NCBI GenBank assembly: GCA_038230375.1
Contig: JBBRNJ010000015.1
Span: forward strand, 32,001 to 96,000
Source: Polyangiales bacterium
GTDB taxonomy: Bacteria > Myxococcota_A > Polyangia > Polyangiales > Polyangiaceae
Length of the DNA: 64,000 bases
Direction: 5' to 3'
The notes under the pieces are model-generated. The model was given only the letters and a program-made list of their open reading frames with translations. It had not been told where the DNA came from and did not search any database. This document shows, one piece after another, positions 1 to 10,558 of this stretch. Each line of letters begins with the position of its first letter. The first letter of the stretch is position 1. Position numbers and translations under genes: made by a program.

Positions 1-1031
1 AGATGCGAGCGCCGACTCCGCGAGTAGGCGTCCAGCGCGTCCGGCAGATAGGTGTATGTTGCAACTTTCTCCGCGAGCACCATCGCATCCATCAGAGCCA
101 GGTTGCATCCCTGGCCCAGCTGCGGACTCATCGCATGCGCTGCGTCACCGATGTAGACCACGTTGCCCGTGTTCCACGGGTACATCGTGACGTCGTGGTA
201 CTGCGTGAATACGATCTGGTCCATGGGCGGTAGCTGCGCGAGCACGGGCTCCGCCGTTGGGGAGAGCCGCGCGTACTCGTCCTGAAAAGCGGCGAGACCG
301 CGCGCACGAATGCGTGCGACCTCCGTTGCGCGCACGCTGACGAAGAGGCTCACGTGCGCACCGTCCTCGCCCACGCTCAGCGGGCCCTTTCCCGTCGGCA
401 GCAGGCCAATCATGCGCTGGTTCCCGTCCACTACCTGGTGGAGCACCTTCGACAGCTCGCCCGAGGGATCCTTGCCCACGAACCAGAGCGCGCCCCACGG
501 ATACTGCGCAACGTGCTTCGGGATCACGGTCTCGTCGCGCAGCTGGCTCCGCGCGCCGTCCGCCACGATCACGAGCTGGTGGATGCCGAGCGGCCGCCCG
601 TCCGCGTCCATGATCGCGAGCCTGGCCTTGCCACGCGGGGGCCGAACCAGATCCTCGCACGTGGCGCCCAGCACGAAGCGCGCGCCGGCCTCGCGTGCGG
701 CGCGATAGACCGCCTCGAAGATCACGCCCCGATGGATGCCCAGGCCAAAGGCTGGCGCAGAGGCGTCGTCGTAGGAGAGAGAGAGCAGCGTGCGGCCCGT
801 GCCGGTGGTGCAGAGCAGCGTCTTGAACGGCGCCCCGCGCGCGATGACCTCGTCGGCCACGCCGAGCGCGCGCAAGACGGCCAGCCCCGAAGGTTGCAGC
901 GTGATGCCTGCGCCCACGGGGCCTGGATTCGCAACGCGCTCGTAGACGGTGACGGCATGGCCTTGCCGCGCCAGGAAGGCGGCCGCGGCACAACCAGCGG
1001 TGCCACCACCGACCACCCCGACATCGAGCAT
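1..1031 (-). CDS. FAD-dependent monooxygenase (runs off window start; absent from the ORF track)
   Basis: Manual translation from ATG 1031: [32 protein letters not shown] (Rossmann GxGxxG); near the window edge [25 protein letters not shown] (GD motif of flavoprotein monooxygenases). Confidence 0.88.
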   Translation of the reverse strand, partial: MLDVGVVGGGTAGCAAAAFLARQGHAVTVYERVANPGPVGAGITLQPSGLAVLRALGVADEVIARGAPFKTLLCTTGTGRTLLSLSYDDASAPAFGLGIHRGVIFEAVYRAAREAGARFVLGATCEDLVRPPRGKARLAIMDADGRPLGIHQLVIVADGARSQLRDETVIPKHVAQYPWGALWFVGKDPSGELSKVLHQVVDGNQRMIGLLPTGKGPLSVGEDGAHVSLFVSVRATEVARIRARGLAAFQDEYARLSPTAEPVLAQLPPMDQIVFTQYHDVTMYPWNTGNVVYIGDAAHAMSPQLGQGCNLALMDAMVLAEKVATYTYLPDALDAYSRSRRSH

Positions 1032-1041
1032 CTCGTTCTTC

Positions 1042-2211
1042 TTACTTCACGGATTCGAAGAGACCAGCAGCGCCCTGGCCGCCGCCGATGCACATCGTCA
1101 CGATGGCGTACTTGCCGCCGCGACGACGGAGCTCGTGCAGCGCGGTCGCAACGAGCTTGGAGCCCGTGCAGCCGAGCGGGTGGCCGAGCGCGATTGCGCC
1201 GCCGTTCACGTTGAGGCGATCCTCCGGGAGACCGAGCTCCTTCCTGCAATAGACGGACTGGCTCGCAAACGCCTCGTTCATCTCGAAGAGATCGATGTCC
1301 TTGATGGAGAGGCCCGTCTGCTTGAGGAGCTTCTGCACGGCCGGGAGCGGGCCGATGCCCATGATCGCCGGATCCACGCCCACCGTCGCGAACGCCTTGA
1401 AGAGGCCAAGAGGCTTCTTTCCAAGCTTCTCGGCCTTCGCGCGCGTCGTCATGAGCGTGGCGGCGGCGCCATCGGAGAGCGGCGACGAGTTGCCCGCAGT
1501 GACCGAGCCCTTCATCGTGAACACCGGCTTGAGGCCAGCGAGCCCCTCCATCGTGGTGTCAGGGCGAATGAGCTCGTCCTGGCTGAACGTGAAGGTCACC
1601 TTCTCGTTGCCGTTGTACTTGATGGCGGTGACCGGGACGATCTCCTGGTCGAACTTCTTCGACTCGCGCGCGGCGGCAGCCTTCTTGTGGCTCTCGAACG
1701 CGAACTTGTCCTGCTCCTCGCGCGAGACGTTGAACTTGTTCGCGACGTTCTCCGCCGTGATGCCCATGGGCGTGTAGACGCTGGCCGCACGCTCCATGGC
1801 CTCGGGCGAGGCAGAGAGCTTGTTCCCCGTCATGGGCACCATGCTCATGGACTCCACCCCGCCAGCGATCACCATCTCGTAGCTGCCAATGGCGAGCGCA
1901 CCGGCCGCCATCGCGATCGACTGCAGCCCTGAGGCGCAGAAGCGATTGATGGTCACGCCGCCCGAAGCCTGATCGAGCCCGCCGAGCAGCCCGACGATGC
2001 GCGCAACGTTCAAGCCCTGCTCACCCTCCGGCATCGCACAGCCAAGAACGAGGTCCTCGATGTCAGCGACCTTCACCTCGGGATTGCGAGCCAGCAGCCC
2101 ACGAATCACCTCGGCAGCGAGCTCATCGGGCCGCTTCTGAGCGAGCGACCCCTTGATGGCGCGCCCCACCGCCGACCGAACCGCATCCAGAATCACAATG
2201 TCGTTTTGCAT
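1042..2211 (-). CDS. fadA: Acetyl-CoA C-acyltransferase (3-ketoacyl-CoA thiolase)
   Basis: [22 protein letters not shown] and CIGGGQG thiolase motifs; ATG 2211 preceded by GAGG. Confidence 0.95.
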   Translation of the reverse strand: MQNDIVILDAVRSAVGRAIKGSLAQKRPDELAAEVIRGLLARNPEVKVADIEDLVLGCAMPEGEQGLNVARIVGLLGGLDQASGGVTINRFCASGLQSIAMAAGALAIGSYEMVIAGGVESMSMVPMTGNKLSASPEAMERAASVYTPMGITAENVANKFNVSREEQDKFAFESHKKAAAARESKKFDQEIVPVTAIKYNGNEKVTFTFSQDELIRPDTTMEGLAGLKPVFTMKGSVTAGNSSPLSDGAAATLMTTRAKAEKLGKKPLGLFKAFATVGVDPAIMGIGPLPAVQKLLKQTGLSIKDIDLFEMNEAFASQSVYCRKELGLPEDRLNVNGGAIALGHPLGCTGSKLVATALHELRRRGGKYAIVTMCIGGGQGAAGLFESVK

Positions 2212-2277
2212 GACAACCTCTCTCAAAACTTTGAAAATTGAGGCGCTCTCGTGTGGCGCGCCGGTGCCAGCGAAACT

Positions 2278-4653
2278 TCAGTTCCGCAAAGGCTTGTTGT
2301 TCATCAGCATGAACTGCATTCGCTCCTGTGACTTTGCTTCGCCGCAGAGGCTCACGAAGGCCTCGGCCTCGAGCTCCAGGATCTGATCCTCGGTGACCTC
2401 GCGGGCCGCGCCGCCCTTGCCTCCGCAGAGGACCTCGGCCAGCTTCGTGGCGATCTTTCCGTCGTGCTCGCTGGCGTAGCCGCCCGCGACCAGTGTCTGC
2501 ACCATCATGGTGAGCGTGGCGATGCCGCTCTCACCGGGCAGTACGTAGGCCTTCGGCGTGTGCGGGTGGTAGCCCGCCGCAGCCAGGCCGATCGCGCGCG
2601 CCTTCGCCTCCTGGACGACGCGCGCCCTGTCGAAGCTCACGCCGTCCGTCTTGCGGAAATAGCCGAACGCTTTTCCTTCCTCTGCGCTGGTCGCCACCTT
2701 CGCGAGCGCGATGTTCTTGAACGTCTGCGTCACGTACTCGTACGTGTTGACGTTCGCGCCCTCGGGGATGCCCTCCAGGTTGCGCCACAGCATGTTCATG
2801 GTGCCCGCGCCGCCAGGGATGAGACCCACCGCGACCTCCACCAGGCCGGAGTACGTCTCTGCCGCCGCCTGCACCGCGTCCGAGCCCATGCAGAGCTCGA
2901 GACCGCCGCCGAGCGTCATGCCATACGGCGCTGCCACCACCGGGATGCGCGCGTACTTCAGGCGCTGCACCGCGCTCTGATAGCCCTTCACCATCGACGT
3001 GATCTGGCCCCACTCCTTCTGCCCGGCCGCCATGACCACCAGGAAGAGGTTCGCGCCCACGCAGAAGTGCTCGCCGGAGTTGGCGATCACCATGCCGCGG
3101 AAATCCTTCTCTGCGCGGTCGGCCGCGTCGCCGAGCATCTTGATGACGTCCGGATCGATGCTGTTCGCCTTCGTCTTGAACGTGAGCCCAAGGATGCCGT
3201 CGCCCAGATCCCAGGCCTCCGCGCCGTCGTTCTTGAGGACGGGCGCATTGCCCTTCTTCAGGATGTCGAACGTGGCGTAGCGCGCATCCGTCGGGCGGAC
3301 CTGGTACTCCGCCTTCGCCAGGTTCCAGACCTTGTCGCCGTCGTAGAAGGATTTCGCACCCTTCTCGCGCATGGTCTTGATGGCGGCGGGGACGCTGATG
3401 CCGTCCTTCTCCATGCGCTCGAGCGTGGTCGTGAAGCCGAGCGCATCCCAGGTCTCGAACGGTCCGAGCTCCCAGTTGTAACCCCACTTCATGGCCTCAT
3501 CGACCGCGAACACGTCGTCGGCGATCTCGCCGGTGCTGATGCGGCGCGCCGAGTATGCGAGCGACTTCGAGAGCACCTTCCACGCGAACTCGCCCACCTT
3601 CGTGGTGTCGGCGACGAGCTTGCGAACGCGCTCCTTCGGGTCCTCCACCTTGGCAAGGCCCTTGGTGGTGTTCTTGATCGTCTCGTCACCACCCTTGGGG
3701 CGGTAGTCGTTCTTCACCGGGTCGTAGGTGAACATGTCCTTCTTGGACTCGCCGCGCTTGTAGAAGCCGGCCTTGGTCTTGTCACCGAGCAGCTTCTTTT
3801 CCGCCATGGTGCGGATGAACTGCGGCACCTTGAAGGACTCGCGCTCCTCGTCGTCCGGGAGCGCGGCGTAGCAGTTGTCCGCCACGTGGATGAACGTATC
3901 AAGGCCGACGATGTCCGCGGTGCGGAAGCTCGCGCTCTTCGGGTGCGCCATGGGCGTGCCCGTGATGTTGTCCACGTCCTCGGGCGACATGCCATCCGCG
4001 ATCATCTGATGAATGGTGCTCATCATGGCGTGGATGCCGATACGGTTGCCCACGAAGTTCGGCGTGTCCTTGCCGTACACGATGCCCTTGCCGAGCACGT
4101 CCTCACCGAACTTCGCGACCTGCGCGAGCGTGGCCTTGTCCGTGTCCGGGCCGGCCACGAGCTCGAGGAGCTTCATGTAGCGAACGGGGTTGAAGAAGTG
4201 CATGACCAGGAAGTTCTTCTTGAACGCCGCGCCGCGGCCCTTGAGCATGTCCTCGATCCGCAGGCCCGAGGTGTTCGACGCGACGATCGCGTGCGCGGGG
4301 ACGAGCTTCTCGAGCTTCTCGAAGAGGGCGACCTTCACGTCGATGCGCTCGAGCACGGCCTCGATCACGAGATCGCACTCGGCGGCCTTGCCGAGATCGT
4401 CCTCGGTGTTGCCCACCGTGATCAGGTTCGCATTCGACTTGTGGAAGAACGCAGCCGGGCGCGCCTTCAGGGCCTTCTCGAGGCCGCCCGCGGCGAAGCG
4501 GTTTCGCGCGGCGCGGTCCTTCTTCTCGACGTCTGTCAGGTTGGGCGGGACGATGTCCAGCAGGTAGACCTTGAGCCCTGCGTTCGCGAAGTGGGCAGCG
4601 ATCCCCTGCCCCATCACGCCCGCGCCAATCACACACGTCGTTCGGATCTGCAT
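2278..4653 (-). CDS. fadN: 3-hydroxyacyl-CoA dehydrogenase / enoyl-CoA hydratase (FadN-type domain order)
   Basis: GAGVMG, SNTSG and HFFNP in the N-terminal dehydrogenase; C-terminal crotonase motifs FCVGAN and GGGLE; directly upstream of the thiolase. Confidence 0.92.
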   Translation of the reverse strand: MQIRTTCVIGAGVMGQGIAAHFANAGLKVYLLDIVPPNLTDVEKKDRAARNRFAAGGLEKALKARPAAFFHKSNANLITVGNTEDDLGKAAECDLVIEAVLERIDVKVALFEKLEKLVPAHAIVASNTSGLRIEDMLKGRGAAFKKNFLVMHFFNPVRYMKLLELVAGPDTDKATLAQVAKFGEDVLGKGIVYGKDTPNFVGNRIGIHAMMSTIHQMIADGMSPEDVDNITGTPMAHPKSASFRTADIVGLDTFIHVADNCYAALPDDEERESFKVPQFIRTMAEKKLLGDKTKAGFYKRGESKKDMFTYDPVKNDYRPKGGDETIKNTTKGLAKVEDPKERVRKLVADTTKVGEFAWKVLSKSLAYSARRISTGEIADDVFAVDEAMKWGYNWELGPFETWDALGFTTTLERMEKDGISVPAAIKTMREKGAKSFYDGDKVWNLAKAEYQVRPTDARYATFDILKKGNAPVLKNDGAEAWDLGDGILGLTFKTKANSIDPDVIKMLGDAADRAEKDFRGMVIANSGEHFCVGANLFLVVMAAGQKEWGQITSMVKGYQSAVQRLKYARIPVVAAPYGMTLGGGLELCMGSDAVQAAAETYSGLVEVAVGLIPGGAGTMNMLWRNLEGIPEGANVNTYEYVTQTFKNIALAKVATSAEEGKAFGYFRKTDGVSFDRARVVQEAKARAIGLAAAGYHPHTPKAYVLPGESGIATLTMMVQTLVAGGYASEHDGKIATKLAEVLCGGKGGAAREVTEDQILELEAEAFVSLCGEAKSQERMQFMLMNNKPLRN

Positions 4654-4707
4654 GGCGGCAGATCTAGTGCCTTTCCGGGCCCGCGGGAACAGGGAGCGGG
4701 CCGAATT

Positions 4708-7131
4708 TCAGGTCAGCGGCAGCTGGCGGATGGCCTCCACGATCTCGGCGCCGCGCGATGCAACACGCGCCTCGATCTCGAGGAACTCGGGACGCGTGCG
4801 CAGCGGGTGCAAGAGCTTGCAGCCGCGGGTCCACAGCACGTCGTATAGCCCTGCCACGTCGGCGTCCCGCAACGCGCTCATCGCAAGCTCCTCTTGCCCG
4901 CACGTCATCGCAAGCGAGCAGGTCATCTTGCGGAAGAAGATGGTGCGCGCAACGCTGACGGCGCCCACGCGAGACAGACGGTCGAGCGCGTCCATGGTCT
5001 GCGGCGTGAGTTCACCCGACACGAGCACCTCCAGGAGGTAGCGCGCTCGATCGAACGCCGGGCCCTCCATGTGGTGCAGCGCTTCCGCTGCCTCCTTCCG
5101 TGCGCCGCGGTAGATCCATACCTGCGCCACCGTGAACCATCGCTCGAACGAGTTTGCTTGATCGCGCGCGGCCTGCGCGAGCATCTCGTCGACGAGCGCG
5201 TGCTGCCCCGCCAGCTCCCGCACCGCTGCCTGCTCGCCGAGCACGAACGGAAGGTTCGGCTCCAGCAGCTCTGCGCGCTTCATCAACCGCAGACCGGCGT
5301 CCACCTCACCGGCGCGCGCGCGGATGCGCCCCAGGTTGTAGAGCGATTCGGCGTGACGCGGGTTCGCAGCCAGCGCCAGACCGTACTCACGCACCGCCGT
5401 GAGCACGTTGCCGTGCGCCACCTCGAGCTCCGCAAGGGCGAAATGCGGCAGCGACGCATGCGGTGCGAGCGCAAGCGCCTTCTCTGCGGCCTCGCGCGCG
5501 AGCCGCCCTGCCTCGTCCGCAGCCACGGGGTCCAGGTCGAAGCTGAACGGAACGATCTCCGCGCGGGCAAGGGCCGCCAGCAGCGCGGGCTCGTTCGGCG
5601 CACGCTGGATCGCCTCGTTCAGGAGCGAGATGGCCTGCATCGATTGCCGTTGCCGGTACGCGTGCTGCGCGCGCAGGTAGAGGTCCAGTACGACGGGGTC
5701 CTCCGGCAGATCGCGGCTCATGGTCTCGCGCTTCACCGACAGGCCTGCGACGATCGCATCGGCCATCTCGTCGGACAGGCGCAGCACGTCGGACACCGGC
5801 CCCTCCAGCCGCTTCGCCCAGATCTGGAAGCCGTCACCCACGCCAACGAGACGCGCTGTGATCCGTAGACGCTCGCCGTCACGCACCAGCACACCCGACG
5901 CCACCACGTCCGCACCGAGCTTCTTGCCGACGACGCGCGAGTCTTCTCCCTCACCCAGTGCGGCCAGGGCCGCCGCCATGGACGGCACGCGGAGCTCTCC
6001 GTTCATGGAGAGCGTGTCCGTGAGTGACTCGCAGAACGCCGTCACCAGGTAGTCGTCCTCCGACTTTCCTGAGTTCTTGAACGGGAGCACGCAGATGATC
6101 TTGGTCCCGGACACGCGCGGCGCGGACGGCGACGGGGACGGCGGCAGCGAGGCGGGCGGTGGAAGCGCGCTCCGCGCCGTGCCCACAAGGTCGAGCCGGA
6201 GCGCCTGCACTGCAGTGTCGAGGGCCCTGGGATCGAGCGCCACCTGTGTAGCACCGAGACCCAGCTGCGCATCGGCGGTTGCGCCCGTGGCCAGCGCGGC
6301 GATCTCCGCGCCCAGGATCTCTGCGCTCTGGTGCCGGTTCGCGGGATCGCGCGCCATCGCCTTCTGCACGAGCTCCGCGACGTTGGCGGGGACCCCGGCC
6401 CGGATCCCTCTCGGATCAGGAGGGGGCGCAACCAGCCGTGCCGCGGCAATCGCAAAGACGGTGTCGCCGCTCCATGGGCAACGGCCCGTGACCATCTCGA
6501 ACAGGATCTCGCCCACGGCGTACACGTCCGCGCGATGGTCCGCGTCCTTTCCTTCCGCCTGCTCCGGTGACATGTACGCGGGCGTGCCTAGCGGCCGGCC
6601 TGCCGTGAGCTTCGCATCACCCGACGAGAACGCGCGCGCGATGCCGAAGTCCATGATCTTCACGTGGCCGTCCTCCGCCACGATCACGTTGTCCGGCTTC
6701 AGGTCGCGGTGGACCACGCCCGCCTCGTGGGCTGCGGCAAGGCCGTTCGCGAGCTCGCCCGCGATGGCAAGCGCACGCACGAGCGGCAGCGATCCCGCGC
6801 GCGACAGAAGAACGGACAGTGGCTCGCCCGGAAGGTATTCCATGGTCAGGAAGCGCAGACCCTGGTGCTCGCCTATGTCGTACGTCCGCGCGACGTTCTT
6901 GTGCGTGACCTTGCGCGCAAGCTTCACCTCGCGACGGAAGCGCTCCATGGACCCAGGGTCGCTCCCGAGGTCCTGCGAGAGGGTCTTCAGCGCGACCATC
7001 TCGTCGAGCTCGACGTCGCGTGCAAGATACACGCTTCCCATTCCGCCTGCCCCCAGCAGACGCAGGATCTCGTAGCGGCCCGCGACGCGAGCGCCATCCG
7101 TGATCGACGGCGGGGCAAGGGAGTCGCTCAT
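4708..7131 (-). CDS. Ser/Thr protein kinase with TolB-N-like domain and TPR repeats
   Basis: GAGGMG, VALK, HRDLKPDN, DFG, YMSPE; then VLPFKN...S motif and helical TPR-like region. True start taken as ATG 7131 (ATGA overlap with upstream stop). Confidence 0.88.
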   Translation of the reverse strand: MSDSLAPPSITDGARVAGRYEILRLLGAGGMGSVYLARDVELDEMVALKTLSQDLGSDPGSMERFRREVKLARKVTHKNVARTYDIGEHQGLRFLTMEYLPGEPLSVLLSRAGSLPLVRALAIAGELANGLAAAHEAGVVHRDLKPDNVIVAEDGHVKIMDFGIARAFSSGDAKLTAGRPLGTPAYMSPEQAEGKDADHRADVYAVGEILFEMVTGRCPWSGDTVFAIAAARLVAPPPDPRGIRAGVPANVAELVQKAMARDPANRHQSAEILGAEIAALATGATADAQLGLGATQVALDPRALDTAVQALRLDLVGTARSALPPPASLPPSPSPSAPRVSGTKIICVLPFKNSGKSEDDYLVTAFCESLTDTLSMNGELRVPSMAAALAALGEGEDSRVVGKKLGADVVASGVLVRDGERLRITARLVGVGDGFQIWAKRLEGPVSDVLRLSDEMADAIVAGLSVKRETMSRDLPEDPVVLDLYLRAQHAYRQRQSMQAISLLNEAIQRAPNEPALLAALARAEIVPFSFDLDPVAADEAGRLAREAAEKALALAPHASLPHFALAELEVAHGNVLTAVREYGLALAANPRHAESLYNLGRIRARAGEVDAGLRLMKRAELLEPNLPFVLGEQAAVRELAGQHALVDEMLAQAARDQANSFERWFTVAQVWIYRGARKEAAEALHHMEGPAFDRARYLLEVLVSGELTPQTMDALDRLSRVGAVSVARTIFFRKMTCSLAMTCGQEELAMSALRDADVAGLYDVLWTRGCKLLHPLRTRPEFLEIEARVASRGAEIVEAIRQLPLT

Positions 7132-8030
7132 CTGCCGCACTCCCGCTCGTAGGGATTCGCCTCCCGGTGGGCGCGCTGCTCCTTTCCGAGCGCGGCGATC
7201 GCCGTGACGCAACGCTCGGCGGCCTTCTTCGCGGTCGTTGTCTTGTGCTTCTTCGGCAAGAGGTCGGTGAAGTCGATCGGGTCGCCGAAGTAGACGTCGA
7301 TGGGCGTCTTGTCGCCCGGCGCCCAGTTCTTGACGAACTCGCGCGGCAGGCTGTTGCCCATGCCCGTGACGAACACCGGGATCGTCGGGATCTCGTGCGC
7401 CTCGAGCGCGACCTTCCCTGCGCCGGGCTGCGCGGGCAAGAACGTGTACGCGTTCCCGCTCTTGTTGCGCTTGCCTTCCGGGTGGATGCCCAGGATGGTG
7501 CCCGGCGTGCGCAGCTCGGCGACGCAGCGCTCGATCGCCCACATGTTGAACGCGCGCTTGCTGCCCTCGCGCATGATGGGCGGGAACATCCGCATCGCGC
7601 TCATGGATAGGTTCACCGCAGGTCCGAGCGGGTGGTCGTAGAAGAACGTGGAGCGCGTGGGGAAGAAGATGTTCTTCGAGAGCTTCGTGCGCTTGTAGAG
7701 GATGTACGTGATCGTGAAGAAGTCGAAGAAGCTGGTGTGATTCGCCACGAGCAGAACGCTCTGCTTCCGATCGTACTTGGCGAGCTTCTCCAATCCGACG
7801 ATGTGAAACCGATTCGAGCCGCACGAACCGATGAGCGCGCCCATGACCAGGTCGAGGTACACCTCGCCGAGGGGCGACTTCGACGCGAAGTCTCCGGCCT
7901 CGAAGCAGAGGCGCTCGACGCGGGAGAGAAGTGAGAGCTGCTCCTCCGTGGGCCGGAACCCATGCCCCGCCTCCTGCTTCGCCCCGGAGGCGGGTGCCTC
8001 GTGACGGGTGCCTCCTGACGAGTCCACCAT
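7128..8030 (-). CDS. Lysophospholipid/glycerol-phosphate acyltransferase (PlsC superfamily)
   Basis: NHTSFFD (HX4D) and HPEGKR (PEGxR) motifs; start ATG 8030. Confidence 0.88.
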   Translation of the reverse strand: MVDSSGGTRHEAPASGAKQEAGHGFRPTEEQLSLLSRVERLCFEAGDFASKSPLGEVYLDLVMGALIGSCGSNRFHIVGLEKLAKYDRKQSVLLVANHTSFFDFFTITYILYKRTKLSKNIFFPTRSTFFYDHPLGPAVNLSMSAMRMFPPIMREGSKRAFNMWAIERCVAELRTPGTILGIHPEGKRNKSGNAYTFLPAQPGAGKVALEAHEIPTIPVFVTGMGNSLPREFVKNWAPGDKTPIDVYFGDPIDFTDLLPKKHKTTTAKKAAERCVTAIAALGKEQRAHREANPYERECGR

Positions 8031-8032
8031 GG

Positions 8033-9679
8033 TCACTTCGGGGCGGGGAGGAGCGCTCCGGGGTTCATGATCCCGGCTGGGTCCAGCTCGGTCTTCACAG
8101 CGGCGAAGGCAGCACCCACGAGCGGCGCGCGCTCCTTCTCCCAGTGCGGTCGGTGCATGCGCCCCACGGCATGGTGGTGTGTGATGGTGCCGCCGCCTTC
8201 GATGACGGCGGAGCTCGCGGCCTCCTTCACCGCGCGCCACGCGTCCAGGCCTCCCGCGTCCAGGCCTGCGGCTCCGGCGTTGCCGACGAAGGTGTAGTAC
8301 GGCGCGGGCCCGTCCGGATAGACGTGGGAGAAACGCGACGTGAGGAGCCCGCCGCCCGCGTGCTTCTTCAGCGCCGCGTTCACCTTCTCGGACACGTTGG
8401 CGTGGAACGCGTCGAACTTGTCCCACGTGATCGCCGTCTCGAACGTGTCGATCATGACGCCCATGCTGACAAGGGCGCTCTGCAGGTACGGCGCCGCGAA
8501 GAACGCCTTGCGCCACGCGCCGTGCTCGTTGTCCTCGAGCGTGTCGGTGCGGTCCGCCGAGTTAGACGAGAATGACGTGGTGTAGGTGGGCTCCTCCGCG
8601 CAGTCGCCGCCCAGGTCGGTGGCGATCGACAGCGCTCGCTCCATCCATGGCTCCACGGGATGGTCCGCGGACTCGAAGCCAAGAAGCAGCACGCTGGCGC
8701 CGGCGTTCGTGGGGGCGACCTCGTGCATCATCGCCTCGCCGGGATCGAGGAGCCGGCAGTTCGCGGGGAACAGCCCCGACTGCGCGATCTTCCGTGCGGC
8801 AAGCACGCCGTCCGAGAAGCGTGCAAAGTGCACAGATACCGATGCGCGCCAACGCGGCCGCGCCTGCAGGCGCATCCATGCCTCCGTGATGACGCCGAAC
8901 GCGCCCTCCGAGCCGAGGATCAGGCGCTCGGGCGATGGGCCCGCGCCGCTCGCGGGCAACCTGCGCGTCTCGATGACGCCCTTTGGCGTCACCATGCGAA
9001 TGGACTCGACGAAGTCGTCGATGTGGGTGGGTCCCGTGGCGAAATGTCCGCCGGCACGTGTCGCGATCCAGCCGCCAAGGGTGGAGTGCTCGTAGCTCTG
9101 TGGGAAGTGGCGCAGCGTGAGCCCCGTCTTCTGGAGCTGCTCCTCGATCTGCGGGCCGTTGGCGCCAGCCTGGATGCGGGCGGCGCGCGAGGTCTGGTCG
9201 ACCTCGAGGACCTTGTTGAAGCGGCTCATGTCGAGCGAGGCTACCGCGGTGAAGCTGGTGCCCACGTCGGCCTCGACGCCGCCGACGACGCTCGTGCCAC
9301 CGCCGAAGGGGATGAGTGCGATCTTCTCGCGACTGCACGCGGCGAGCGCGGCGATGATGTGCTCCTCGCTCTCCGGGAAGAGGACCAGGTCCGGCGCGTT
9401 GCCGAAGTCACCAGCGAATCCACGGACCAGGTCCGCGTAGCTCTTTCCGAACGTGTGCTCCGCGCGAACGCGCGCGTCCGTGTTGCTGAAGCCGGCGATC
9501 TCCGTGGGCGCGTCACGTCGCGGCGGTCGCACGCGTGTGGCGTCGAACGACGGAAGCGGCTTCTTCGCCACGTCCACGCCGAGCACGGCGGAGAGGCGGG
9601 CGCGCAGCTTGTCACGCACGTCATCCGTGACGAAGCGATCCTCGTACCCCCATGCCCAGAAACTCTTGGCGCGGCTCAT
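8033..9679 (-). CDS. FAD-binding oxidoreductase, alkyl-DHAP synthase (AGPS)-like
   Basis: N-terminal WAWG, PFGGGTSVVGG, HFPQS, STLGGWIATR, GSEG, SHVY and C-terminal ITHHHAVG / MNPG motifs. Confidence 0.85.
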   Translation of the reverse strand: MSRAKSFWAWGYEDRFVTDDVRDKLRARLSAVLGVDVAKKPLPSFDATRVRPPRRDAPTEIAGFSNTDARVRAEHTFGKSYADLVRGFAGDFGNAPDLVLFPESEEHIIAALAACSREKIALIPFGGGTSVVGGVEADVGTSFTAVASLDMSRFNKVLEVDQTSRAARIQAGANGPQIEEQLQKTGLTLRHFPQSYEHSTLGGWIATRAGGHFATGPTHIDDFVESIRMVTPKGVIETRRLPASGAGPSPERLILGSEGAFGVITEAWMRLQARPRWRASVSVHFARFSDGVLAARKIAQSGLFPANCRLLDPGEAMMHEVAPTNAGASVLLLGFESADHPVEPWMERALSIATDLGGDCAEEPTYTTSFSSNSADRTDTLEDNEHGAWRKAFFAAPYLQSALVSMGVMIDTFETAITWDKFDAFHANVSEKVNAALKKHAGGGLLTSRFSHVYPDGPAPYYTFVGNAGAAGLDAGGLDAWRAVKEAASSAVIEGGGTITHHHAVGRMHRPHWEKERAPLVGAAFAAVKTELDPAGIMNPGALLPAPK

Positions 9680-9716
9680 GGCCAGGTCAGGTTACCGCGA
9701 AAACGGCCAGGATCAG

Positions 9717-10535
9717 CTAGTAATCGCCGCTCGAGCCGCCGCCGCCAAAGTCACCACCACCACCGCCGCCGCCGCCCCAATCGCTGCCGCCACCACCGCT
9801 GTCGCCGCCACCACCACTATCGCCGCCGCCACCCCAGCCGCCGCCGCCATAGTAGCCGCCGCCCCCACCACCGCCGCCGCCGCGACCATTCAGGCGGCTG
9901 ACCACCCAGCGGATCAAGAGGAATGCGACGAGCAGGATCACCACGGCAATGAACCCGAGCCCAGAGCCGCTCTTCGGATGCTGCGGCTGCGTCGCGACGC
10001 GGCGACCCGACGTTGCGCCGGTGGGACCTCCGAGCTTCATCTCGGTCTGGATGCCGTCGATGCCTGCCTCGATCGCACCGCCGACATCGCCAGCCTTCAT
10101 GGCGGGCGCGATGCGCTCGCGGATGATCTCGTTCGACTGGAGGTCCGTCAGATCGCCGCCTGCGCCCTTCCCGGTCTCGATGCGGATCTTCCGCTCCTGC
10201 GTCGCAATGATGAGGAGCACGCCGCGGTCGGTACCCTTCTTCCCGAGGTTCCACGCGCGCGCCGTGTCGTAGGACACGTCCTCGACGGGGAGGCCCTCGA
10301 GCGAGCGCGGAAGGAAGACCGTGATCTCCACGCCGCTCGCGTCACGGATGCCCCGGAGGCGCAAGGCGATCGCGTCTTTCTCGGCCGCGGTCAGCTTGCC
10401 TGCAGCGTCGTTGACCGGACCCTCCAGCGCGGGCGGCGTGTACGCGAACGCGGCGCGCGGCAGCGACACCAGCGCCACGAACGCCACCGCGAGGAGCGCT
10501 GCGAGCGCAAGGAGTGGGTGGAGCGCTCGCTTCAT
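9717..10535 (-). CDS. TPM-domain (YgcG-like) membrane protein with Gly-rich tail
   Basis: Signal peptide, VNDAAG, W-x-LG...GVLL...RIETG, TM helix, GG...DFGGGGSSG tail; adjacent to lemA. Confidence 0.9.
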   Translation of the reverse strand: MKRALHPLLALAALLAVAFVALVSLPRAAFAYTPPALEGPVNDAAGKLTAAEKDAIALRLRGIRDASGVEITVFLPRSLEGLPVEDVSYDTARAWNLGKKGTDRGVLLIIATQERKIRIETGKGAGGDLTDLQSNEIIRERIAPAMKAGDVGGAIEAGIDGIQTEMKLGGPTGATSGRRVATQPQHPKSGSGLGFIAVVILLVAFLLIRWVVSRLNGRGGGGGGGGGYYGGGGWGGGGDSGGGGDSGGGGSDWGGGGGGGGDFGGGGSSGDY

Positions 10536-10558
10536 GATGTCGCCTCCACCACGCTCCT

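Noticed and set aside
2464..4848. Long antisense and alternate-frame ORFs (e.g. 2464..4848, 24152..26137, 33981..36086, 43451..45664)
   Set aside because: Shadow ORFs typical of high-GC DNA; they overlap genes with clear motifs and have none of their own.
4708..7824. Over-long ORF-track starts suggesting fusions (4708..7824, 13159..14826, 17221..19452, 21213..22598)
   Set aside because: The extensions overlap neighbouring real genes; starts were reassigned from motifs and stop/start overlaps.
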